From positions 462,498-526,497 of the forward strand of contig CAWJPR010000018.1 in NCBI GenBank assembly GCA_963844815.1: 64,000 nt of DNA. The letters are read 5' to 3'. Source of the DNA: an uncultured Chloroflexia bacterium. GTDB taxonomy: Bacteria > Chloroflexota > Anaerolineae > Fen-1058. Under the pieces are notes generated by a model, which saw only the letters and a program-made list of their open reading frames with translations, was not told the origin of the DNA and searched no databases. Both the position numbers and the translations under genes were made by a program. Positions 51,101 to 60,251 of the stretch are shown here, in pieces; position 1 is the first letter of the stretch; every line of letters begins with the position of its first letter.

Positions 51101-52871
51101 CGTCGTGCATGCCGAAAACAATCTTTACACCTGCTCGCAAGACAGCATCAAGCACATCATCGAGCGGGTGCAGGAACTCAATCTCAATCGCGTGGTCGTA
51201 GCGTCGTGCACGCCCTTGACGCACGAGCCGTTGTTCCAGGATGCGATTCATCAGGCAGGCCTGAATCCGTATTTGTTCGAGATGGCGAACATCCGCAATC
51301 AATGTTCGTGGGTGCATCCGGGCGATTGGGACGGCGCGACGGCGAAAGCGAAGACGCTGGTGCGCATGGCGGCGGCGCGCGCGGCTGAGCTCGAGCCGCT
51401 GCAGACCTCGCAAGTGCCGATCCAGCACGCGGCGTTGATCATTGGCGGCGGAGCGGCGGGCTTGAACGCCGCGTTGTCGCTGGCCGAGCAAGGTTTCCCG
51501 GTGCATCTGATCGAAAAGAGCGATCAGCCTGGCGGCAATCTGCGCCACCTGCATTTCCTGATTGGCGAGGAGCGCAGCCCGCAGGACTATCTGGCGGAAT
51601 TGGTCGATCGCGCCGCACATCACCCGCTGATCACCATTTACCTGCAAACGGAGTTGATCCAGACCGGCGGCTTCAAGGGCAACTTCACGAGCAAGGTGCG
51701 TGATGCGGCCGGCGCCCTGCAAGAGATACAGCACGGCGTGACCATTGTGGCGACGGGCGGCACGGAATACCGAGGTCGCGAGTATAGCTACGGCAAGCAT
51801 CCGGGCATCATGACCCAGTTGGAGTTTGAGGCGCTGCTAAGTGATATGACATCGTCATTGCGAGGAGCATCCTTGCGCGACGAAGCAATCCCCGATGTGG
51901 CAAAGGAGATTGCTTCGCGAAAAAATGCTCGCAATGACGTGGCTTCGGTGGTCATGATCCAGTGCGTCGGCCCGGGCGAGAAATTCTGCTCGCGCCTGTG
52001 CTGCTCGACGGCGCTCAAGAACGCCTTGCAGGTCAAGCAGCTCAATCCCCAGGCCGAAGTCACGATCCTTTATCGCGACATCCGCACCTACGGCTTCAAA
52101 GAGCGCCTGTACACCGCAGCGCGGCGCGCCGGCGTGCGCTTCATCCGCTTCGACTTCGATCACAAACCAACAGTTGACATCAGCGATCAGCCATCAGCCA
52201 TCAGCCATCAGCAAATCATCGTGCGCGTTCACGAGCCGATTCTGAACCGTGAGGTTGAATTGCGTCCTGATCTGCTCGTCCTCAGCACGCCGATCGTGCC
52301 GCAGAAGGACGCGCACCAGCTGGCCGCGCGCCTCAAAGTGCCGCTCGACGCCGACGGCTTCTTCCTCGAAGCGCATCCGAAATTGCGGCCGGTGGACTTC
52401 GCCTCCGACGGGCTGTTCATGGCGGGCGTGGCGCACTATCCCAAGTTCCTCGACGAGACGATCGCGCAGGCGCAGGCGGCCGCGGCGCGCGCGGCGATCA
52501 TTCTCTCGCAAGAGAGCGTGCTGACCAATGCGCGCGTGGCCGTGGTCGATAACACGAAGTGTGTGGGCTGTCTCACCTGTGTGCGCGCGTGCCCGTATGA
52601 CGTGCCGAAAGTCAAGATGAGCTTCACGGGCGTGGGCAATATCACCGGCGCGGCCTACATCGAAGCCGCCATGTGCCAGGGCTGCGGCACCTGCGCCGCC
52701 GAGTGCCCGGCCCAGGCGATCCAGTTGATGCACTATCGGGATGCGGAGATGCTGCCCAAGATCGACGCCTTGTTCGGGTTGCAGCCGGGAGTAGTCAGTA
52801 GTCAGATTTCAGAAGACAGTACGCAGTCGGGCACATACTGGCTAATGCCCAAGGAGAGCGAGCGTGCATAA
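48107..52871 (+). CDS. giant HdrA-family flavoprotein, copy 1: HdrA N-half + inserted GltD-like NAD(P)H oxidoreductase module (HdrL-like) + HdrA C-half, fused in-frame to a second complete HdrA; one apparent frameshift near 49930
   Basis: VMVVGGGIAGMQSALDLADQGF, TNDCAMC and CVGCGDCAKVCP (HdrA N-half). CRDACPAGQRAQGY...GICGRICNHRCETAC...IIGAGPCGLTAA (GltD-like). Then, in the ORF 49959 frame, ARCLACGICSECMSCTFAC...FLQCVGSRD...YCSSVCCMYAA (HdrA C-half). This is followed by VGVFVCHCGSNIGG, ANIRNQCSWVH, IIGGGAAGLNAAL, IQCVGPGEKFCSRLCCS and a C-terminal 2x[4Fe-4S] domain (complete second HdrA). Confidence 0.8.
51854..51938. repeat. family-A REP/MITE-like palindrome inserted IN-FRAME inside hdrA copy 1 (GTCATTGCGAGGAGCATCCTTGCGCGACGAAGCAATC ... 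GAGATTGCTTCGCGAAAAAATGCTCGCAATGAC)
   Basis: Encodes ...MTSSLRGASLRDEAIPDVAKEIASRKNARNDVAS... between conserved QLEFEALLSD and VVMIQCVGPGEKF. Confidence 0.75.
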
Positions 52872-53256
52872 GTTCAGGGAATTAAAAGTCTGGCAGCGAT
52901 CGATGGATTTGATAGTCGAAGTTTATCAGCTCACCCAGACTTTTCCGCAGGCGGAACAACTTGGACTGATCAGCCAGTGCGACGGGCAGCCGTCTCAATT
53001 TCGTTGAACATTGCTGAGGGTGCGGGCAGCGGCACCGATCCTGAATTTCGGTGCTTCTGGCGCATGGCGCTGCGTTCCTGTTACGAAGTGATGACCGGCC
53101 TGGAAATTGGCCACCGTTTGGGCTACTGCGACGATCGACGTGTGAATACCTTGATTCCAGAAGCGGACGAGATCGCTGCCATGATCGTTGGTCTTAGCCG
53201 CGGCCTATCCGAGAAGTAATCTGACTACTGACTTCTGACTACTGACTACTGGAGAC
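52795..53256. mobile_element. small cassette carrying the four-helix-bundle gene, flanked by inverted simple repeats (GTAGTCAGTAGTCAG / CTGACTACTGACTTCTGACTACTGACTACTGG), inserted at the 3' end of hdrA copy 1
   Basis: Inverted (CTGACTA)n-type arms at 52795-52809 and 53223-53255. The hdrA copy-1 ORF is extended by about 25 codons encoded by the left arm, relative to copy 2. Confidence 0.5.
52864..53219 (+). CDS. four-helix-bundle protein (TIGR02436-like, '23S rRNA intervening-sequence protein' family); apparent frameshift near 52975
   Basis: VHKFRELKVWQRSMDLIVEVYQLTQTFPQAEQLGLISQ, then in the next frame RRAAVSISLNIAEGAGSGTDPEFRCFWRMALRSCYEVMTGLEI...; GTG start overlaps the hdrA stop. Confidence 0.65.
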
Positions 53257-53260
53257 ACCT

Positions 53261-53719
53261 TTGAGCAACAATGGATTCGAACCGAACATCATAGCGTTCT
53301 GCTGTCACTACTGCGCGTACGCCGCCGCCGATCTGGCCGGGTCGATGCGCCTCGAATACCCGACGGCGGTGAAGATCGTCGAGCTGCCCTGCACCGGCAA
53401 ACTCGACGTGCTCTACGTCTTGCGCGCGTTCGAGGACGGCGCCGACGGCGTGCTGGTGGCGGGTTGACTGGAAGGCGAATGTCATTACCTGGAAGGTAAT
53501 CTCAACGCCCGCCGGCGAATTGAATACGCGCAGAAACTGTTGGAGCAGATCGGATTGCAGGGCCGCCGCGTCCAGATGATCAACCTGTCGTCGGCGATGG
53601 GCGGCCAGTTCGCGTTCTCGATCGCGGAATTGACCGCGGAGATCAAGCAGCTGGGGCCGAACCCATTGGGCATTAAAGACCTGGCAGGTTCTTCTGCGCC
53701 TGAAGGCGAAACTCGATAG
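53261..53719 (+). CDS. mvhD: MvhD-like protein (methyl-viologen-reducing hydrogenase delta subunit family; HdrA electron-transfer partner) with in-frame TGA (putative selenocysteine) at the conserved Cys of the AG[C/U]..G.CHY motif
   Basis: FCCHYCAYAAADLAG...VELPCTGKLDVLYVLRAFEDGADGVLVAG-TGA(53465-53467)-LEGECHYLEGNLNARRR...; the frame is conserved through the TGA. Confidence 0.75.
53474..53509 (+). promoter_or_regulatory. putative bacterial SECIS hairpin downstream of the mvhD UGA (copy 1)
   Basis: ggcg-aatgtc-attacc-tggaa-ggtaat-ctcaa-cgcc; the core gtcattacctggaaggtaatctcaacgc is nucleotide-identical in the paralogous copy. Confidence 0.5.
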
Positions 53720-53793
53720 ACTAACGTGTGATGTTGGCAAGCAAGACCAGACAGAGAGTGAAAACCTGCCAGGTCTACCCACAGAGGTAAAAG

Positions 53794-54189
53794 ATGGACA
53801 AGCAGCCGTACATCATCATCACCGACGACGATCCCGACATCATTGAGAACCTGGTTACCATTCTCGGCACCCGGCCCTATCGGCTGGGGACGGCGCGCGA
53901 TGGCAAGCAGTGCCTGGCGCTGATCAGACAGGAGCAGCCCGATCTGCTGATCCTCGACATGCTGATGCCGCGCATGGACGGCTGGGGCGTGATCCGCGAA
54001 CTGCGCAGCGATCCGTTGTATGCCGATTTGCCGATCATGGTGTTGACCACCGTCGTCGAAGACGCCAGCCGCCGCCGCTACGAACTGGAAGTCGGCATGG
54101 AGATGGACGTGCAGGACTACCTGCAGAAACCGGCCAAGCCCGCCGAGCTGCTGCAGCGTGTCGAGAAACTGCTGAAGGTCCATGCTTAA
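53794..54189 (+). CDS. response regulator, receiver domain only (CheY-like)
   Basis: IIITDDDPDI...LILDMLMPRMDGW...KP signature residues. Confidence 0.8.
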   Translation: MDKQPYIIITDDDPDIIENLVTILGTRPYRLGTARDGKQCLALIRQEQPDLLILDMLMPRMDGWGVIRELRSDPLYADLPIMVLTTVVEDASRRRYELEVGMEMDVQDYLQKPAKPAELLQRVEKLLKVHA

Positions 54190-55384
54190 CCCAGCGATCA
54201 CGTCCATCTCAATCCGAGTTGACCGCCTGCGCCGATCGGAAATCTTCAGCGAGCTGGCCGAGGCCGACCTGTTGGCTATCGCCGAGCTCTGCGCCGAGGA
54301 ACGCTACGACGAGGGTGAGGCGGTGCTGTCTGAAGGCGCGCCCGCCGCCGCGGTGTTCGTCGTCGAGCGCGGCAAACTCGCCCTGGAGAAGAAGATCCAG
54401 ATCGGGCGGCACTCGACGCCGCGCAATGCGACCATCGACTACGTCGAGCCGGGCAAGACGGCGGGATTCTCGGGGTTGGTGGCGCCGTTTGTCTATTCCA
54501 CATCCGCCGTCTGCCTGGAGCCGACGCGCGTCCTGCGCGTCGACGGCCCGGCGCTGCGCGCCTACCTCGCAGCGCATCCGGCCGCGGGCGTGAAAGTGTT
54601 CACGGCGGTAGCCGAATTGATCAGCGATCGCTATCGCCACTCGATCGATACCTTGACTTACTTTTTGTCGGTCGTGTCGCACGAACTCCGCTCGCCGCTG
54701 GCCGCGGTCGAGAATTATCTGCAGACGCTGCTGGGCGGCTACGCCGGCGAGCTCACCGACAAGCAGCAGCACATGATGACGCGCTGCGTGCTGCGGGTGA
54801 CCGATCTGCGCGGGCTGATCGGCGACGTGGTCGATCTGGCGCGCATGCGGCCCGAGCAGATTCAGGCCGACTTCGAATGGTTCGATCCCGGCGAGGTGGG
54901 CACCGAGTCGATCGAGGATGCGCGGTTGGCGGCCGCCGAAAAAGGGATTCACCTCAAGATCGAAGCGCCGCCGAAGTTCGAACCGATCGTCGGCGCGCGG
55001 CGGCGCATGCGCCAGGTGTTTACGAACCTGCTGAACAACGCGGTCAAGTATGCGCCGCCCGACAGCATCGTGACGATTCGCGCGTGGTACGCGCCGGACA
55101 CGCTGTATTTTGAAGTCGAGGACGAAGGTCCCGGGATTCCGGCCGAAGATGTGCCGCACGTTTTCGAGGAATTCTTTCGCTCCGAAAGCACGAGTGATAC
55201 GCCGGGCGTCGGTCTCGGCCTGTCAATCGCCCAGAAGATCGTCGCTGCGCACCACGGCGAAATCACTGTAAAGAGCGTGCATGGTTTTGGGGCCACAGGC
55301 ACCCGTTTCACCGTCACCATCCCGCGCAACTTGCAGACGCCGGAGATGCGGCGGCGCGAATGGATGATGACAGGCAATGAGTGA
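54182..55384 (+). CDS. sensor histidine kinase with an N-terminal cyclic-nucleotide-binding (cNMP/CAP-like) domain
   Basis: cNMP-like SEIFSELAEADLLAIAELCAEERYDEGEAVLSEG; H-box VSHELRSPL; N-box and G-boxes (NLLNNAVKYA, GVGLGLSI). Confidence 0.8.
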   Translation: MLNPAITSISIRVDRLRRSEIFSELAEADLLAIAELCAEERYDEGEAVLSEGAPAAAVFVVERGKLALEKKIQIGRHSTPRNATIDYVEPGKTAGFSGLVAPFVYSTSAVCLEPTRVLRVDGPALRAYLAAHPAAGVKVFTAVAELISDRYRHSIDTLTYFLSVVSHELRSPLAAVENYLQTLLGGYAGELTDKQQHMMTRCVLRVTDLRGLIGDVVDLARMRPEQIQADFEWFDPGEVGTESIEDARLAAAEKGIHLKIEAPPKFEPIVGARRRMRQVFTNLLNNAVKYAPPDSIVTIRAWYAPDTLYFEVEDEGPGIPAEDVPHVFEEFFRSESTSDTPGVGLGLSIAQKIVAAHHGEITVKSVHGFGATGTRFTVTIPRNLQTPEMRRREWMMTGNE

Positions 55385-55435
55385 CGAGTGATAAGTAACG
55401 AGTAATGGATTACGTATTACGCACTACTCGTTATC
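55377..55435. repeat. family-B repeat: AATGAGTGACGAGTGATAAGTAACGAGTAATGG ... CACTACTCGTTATC upstream of hdrL copy 2; supplies the histidine-kinase stop codon
   Basis: read directly. Confidence 0.65.
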
Positions 55436-55497
55436 ATAGATGAATCGACATGACTTAAGCCAGTGACACGCAATCAAATAAGCAGCCTATCGGCGCC

Positions 55498-58400
55498 GTG
55501 ATGGTCGTCGGCGGCGGCATCGCGGGGATGCAGGCCGCGCTCGATCTGGCCGATCAGGGCTTCAAGGTCTACCTCGTCGAGGAGAAATCGGCGATCGGCG
55601 GCCACATGGCGCAGCTCGATAAGACGTTCCCGACCAACGACTGCGCGATGTGCAACATCAGCCCGAAGTTGGTGGACGTGGGCCGCCATCTCAACATCGA
55701 GATTCTCACCGACACGGACGTGCTCGGCGTCACCGGACAGGCCGGCAATTTCACGGTGTCCGTGCGCCGCCGGCCGCGCTACGTCGACGTGGCGAAGTGT
55801 ATCGGCTGCGGCGACTGCGCGCAGGTGTGTCCGGTGTCGCTGCCCAACTTGTACGAAGAGCAGCTGAAGGATCGCAAGGCCGCGTATCGCTTGTACACGC
55901 AGGCCGTGCCCTCGGCCTATGCGATCGACAAACGCGGCGTCGCGCCGTGTCGCGATGCCTGTCCAGCGGGTCAGCGCGCGCAGGGTTACATCGCGTTGAT
56001 CGCGCAGGGGCGCTACCGCGAAGCGTTCCGCGTCATCAAAGAGGACAATCCGTTCCCCAGCGTCTGCGGGCGCACGTGCCACCATCCGTGCGAAGGGCAC
56101 TGCACGCGCGCCATGGTCGACGAAGCGGTCGGCATCATGTCGCTCAAGCGCTTCGTGATCGATCACGCCCTCGCCTACGGGCGCGAGAAGGTCGAGCCCG
56201 CGGCGCGCACGCGGCCCGCATGGATCGCCGTCGTCGGCGCGGGCCCGGCCGGCCTTACCGCCGCGCACGATCTGGCGAAGCTGGGCTACGGCGTCACCGT
56301 GTACGAAGCGCTGCCGGTAGCGGGCGGCATGATGCGCGTCGGCATCCCGGCGCACCGCCTGCCCAAAGGCGTGCTGCAGCAGGACATCGACGACATCCTG
56401 GCGTTGGGCGTCGTCCTCAAGACCAACTCTCCGGTCAAAGACCCGGCCGAGCTGCTCAAGCGTGGCTACAACGCGGTGTGCCTGGCGACGGGCATCTCGT
56501 CGCGCGATCAAGCGATCGGGATTGAAGGTGAAAACGCCGCGGGCGTCATCCCCGCTGCGACGTTCCTGCGCAAGGTCAATCTGGGCGAGCCGGTCACGAT
56601 CGGGGATCGCGTGGCCGTGATCGGCGGGGGCATCACGGCGCTGGATGCGGCCGCCGTCGCGCGCCGCCTGGGCGCCGAGGTTTACCTGGTGCTCGATCGG
56701 CCTCGCGGCGAGATTCCGGCCTACGAAGTGGAGATGAACGCGGTTGAAGCAGAGGGCATTCATCTCTTCGAGCGCACGACCGCGACGCGCATCCTGGCGC
56801 AGAATGGCAAAGTCACCGGCGTCGAGCTGGCGCAGACCGAAGGCGGCCTGACGACCGACGAGCGCGGCCGCCGCCGTCCGATGATCAAACCCGGCTCTGA
56901 ATTCACGTGCGAGGTCGATACCGTGATCGGCACGGTCGGCCAGTTCTCCGATCTGTCGTTCCTCGATCAGCGCTACGACGATCTCACGGTCGATAAGCAC
57001 ACGCTGGCGAGCGACATCCCCGGCCTGTTCGTGGTGGGCGGCCGCAAGACCGGCGCGAGCTATATCATCGAGGCGGTGGCGCTGGGGCATCGCGTCGCCG
57101 CGTCGATCGATCGTTACTTGCAGGGCCAGCCGCTGAAACACGCTGCGCCGCCCGCCCCGCCGGTCGTGAAATTCGCGCGCGAAGAGCTGGCGCAGAAAGT
57201 GACTGCGCGGCGAGATTCGTTTGCAGCCGCGCACGCAGCCGGCCCTGCTGCCGATGGAAGAGCGCGTGACCAGCTTCCGCGAAGTGGTGCTGGGGCTCAC
57301 CGAGCGGCAGGCGCGCGCCGAAGCGCAGCGCTGCCTGCAATGCGGCCTGTGCTCCGAATGCCTGGCGTGTGTCTATGCCTGCGGCGTCGACGCGATTGAT
57401 CACAACGCGGTCGCGCGCGAGGAGCAGATCGATGTCGGCGCCGTCATTCTCGCGCCGGGTTATCAGGCTTACCAGGCCGCCCTGTCACGCGAATACGGCT
57501 TCGGCCGTTATCCGAACGTGATCACGGCGCTGCAATTCGAGCGCTTGCTGTCGGCGTCCGGCCCGACCCTGGGGCATGTGCGCCGGCCGTCGGATCAACG
57601 TGAACCGCAGCGCGTCGCGTTCCTGCAGTGTGTCGGCTCGCGCGATCAGGCGCACGATTACTGCTCGGCGGTGTGCTGCATGTACGCGACGAAGGAAGCG
57701 GTCATCGCCAAAGAACACCAACCCGATCTGGACGTGCACGTCTTCATGATGGACATGCGCGCCTTCAGCAAAGGCTATTGGTCCTACTTCGAGCGCGCGC
57801 GCGATCAATACGGCGTGCACTACCATCGCTGCCGCGTCAGCGAACTGCACGAAGACCCAGCGACGCATAATCTGCTCATTCGATATCAGGGCGATCAGCA
57901 ATCTCGCGGGGATAGTGGGCACTCGGCACTCAGCATTCAGCATTCAGCAATCAGCACTCAAGAATTCGATCTCGTCGTGTTATCCGTCGGAATGGAAATC
58001 TCAGAGTCTGTTCGCGCGTTAGGCAAGCGCCTGGGCGTCGAACTCGACGAGTACGGCTTCTGCCACACGGTGCAATTCAACCCGATCGAAACGAGTCGTC
58101 CGGGCATCTATGCGGTCGGCCCGTTCCGCGAGCCGAAGGACATTCCCGAATCCGTCGTGGAGGCGAGCGGTGCAGCGGCGGCGAGCGCGGGCCTGCTGGC
58201 CGGCGCCCGCTGGTCCCTGACGCGCACCCGTGAGTACGCGGCCGAACGCGACGTCGCACATGAAGAACCGCGGATCGGCGTGTTCGTGTGCCACTGCGGA
58301 TCGAACATCGCCGGTTACCTCGACGTGCCTGCCGTGACCGAGTATGCGCGCGCGCTGCCGCACGTCGTCCACGCCGAAGACAAGCTGTATGCCTGCTCGC

Positions 58401-60180
58401 AGGATTCGATCAAGTTGATTACCGAGCGCGTGCAGGAACATCACCTCAACCGCGTGGTCGTCGCCAGCCTGCACGCCGCTGACGCATCAGCCCTTGTTCC
58501 AGGACAGCATCCGCAACGCCGGGTTGAATCCGTACCTGTTCGAGATGGCGAACATCCGCAATCAATGCTCGTGGGTGCACTCGCACGAACCGGATGTCGC
58601 CACCGAGAAAGCGCAGGACCTCGTGCGCATGTCCGTCGCGCGCGCGGCGCTGCTTCAACCTCAACACACGTTCACGGTGCCGGTCAAGCACGCGGCGCTG
58701 ATCGTCGGCGGCGGCGTGGCGGGCATGACGGCGGCACTCTCGTTAGCCGAGCAGGGCTTTCCCGTTCACTTGGTCGAGAAGGAAGCGGAGCTCGGCGGCA
58801 ATCTGCGGCAGGCGTTCCTGCCGTCCAACGGCAAAGAGCCGCAAATCATCCTGACGCAACTGGTTGATCAAGTTCAACACAACTCGCTCATCACCGTTCA
58901 TCTCGAAAGCCGGGTCGTGTCGACCGGCGGCTTTATGGGCAACTTCGAAAGCAAGATGCGTGATGCAAGAGGCATACTGCAGGAAGTGCAGCACGGCGTG
59001 ACAATTTTAGCCACCGGCGCCCAGGAATATCGCGGATCGGACTACGGTTTCGGCACGCACCCGAGGATTATCACGCAACAACAGTTTGAGAGAATGCTGA
59101 CCAAAGGGTGTCATTCCCCCCAGCGCGCCCCCGCTGAGAAGCAGCGGACAGGGCGTGAGGCGCGTAGCGCCGAAGAATCTCTACCGCCGACGAACAGCGC
59201 TACCGATCAGAGCCGAGATTCTTCGCTCCCCGCAAAGCGGGTCGCTCAGAATGACACGGCCAGAAATGAGCCGCTCGCCATTCCGAATTCCGAATTCCGA
59301 GTTCAGAATTCCGTCGTCATGATCCAGTGCGTCGGCCCGGCTGAGAAGTTCTGCAGCCGTATCTGCTGCGCCGAGGCGCTAAAGAATGCCATTGCACTGA
59401 AAGCGCAGCAGCCCGAGGCACAGGTTGTCATTCTCTACAAGGATATCCGCACCTATGGCTTCAAAGAGCGGCTCTATACAACTGCCCGCCAGCATGGCGT
59501 CATCTTCATGCGCTATGATGATAATCATCGGCCAGAGGTAGTAGTCAGCAATCAGCAGTCAGCAATCAGCAGTTCAGGCCTGGGATTCCATTCTGCAACG
59601 TTCCATCATCCTGCAACCCAATCTACTCGTCCTGTCAATGCCCGTGGTGCCACGCGACGACGCGCACGAGGTCGCCAAGTTGTTCAAGGTCTCGCTCGAC
59701 GCCGACGGTTTCTTCCTCGAAGCACACGTGAAATTGCGGCCGGTTGATTTCGCATCCGACGGCGTGTTCATGGCGGGCATGGCGCATTATCCCAAGCTGT
59801 TGGACGAGACGATGATTCAGGCGCAGGCGGCTGCCTCGCGCGCGGCGAGAGTGCTGAGCCACGAATCGCTCACGGCAGGCGGGCGCGTCGCCGTGGTGGA
59901 CGATGCGAAGTGCACCGGCTGCCTGACGTGCGTGCGCATCTGCCCCTTCGGCGTGCCGAAGATCAAAGCGAACTTGACCGGCGTGGGCCACATCGTCGGC
60001 GCGGCCTATATCGAAGCAGCCGTGTGCCAGGGCTGCGGCTCGTGCGTGGCCGAATGTCCTGCGCAGGCGATCCAGTTGATGCATTACACTGATGCGCAGA
60101 TGGTCGCAAAGATTCAGGCGCTGATGCGGCCGTCGGGCGGGTTTGTACCAGTCGATGAGATAGCGGCGAGTGGAAACTAA
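55498..60180 (+). CDS. giant HdrA/HdrL-like + HdrA fusion, copy 2 (same architecture as copy 1); three apparent frameshifts (about 57217, 58466, 59575) and a TAA at codon 3 of the ancestral start
   Basis: ORFs 55498-57399, 57221-58867, 58494-59747 and 59638-60180 align co-linearly with copy 1. Upstream in-frame ATG ACT TAA (55450-55458) corresponds to the ATG ACT CAA start of copy 1. Confidence 0.7.
59109..59256. repeat. family-A REP/MITE-like palindrome inserted IN-FRAME inside hdrA copy 2 at the homologous position (GTGTCATTCC...GAAGAATCTC ... GAGATTCTTCG...CAGAATGACAC)
   Basis: Encodes ...GCHSPQRAPAEKQRTGREARSAEESLPPTNSATDQSRDSSLPAKRVAQNDTARNE... followed by the tandem repeat cattccgaattccgaattccgagttcagaattccg (59278-59312). 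Confidence 0.75.
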
Positions 60181-60251
60181 CGCAGTGAAGCACTTGCCGT
60201 CTTAGCAGGTAAGTCCATCATTTGAAAGAGATAGCAGTGAGTAATCGCTAA

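Noticed and set aside
48107-60180. Selenocysteine inside HdrA (as in Methanococcus)
   Set aside because: All HdrA ORF interruptions change frame; none is an in-frame TGA at a Cys column. Only the two mvhD genes show that pattern.
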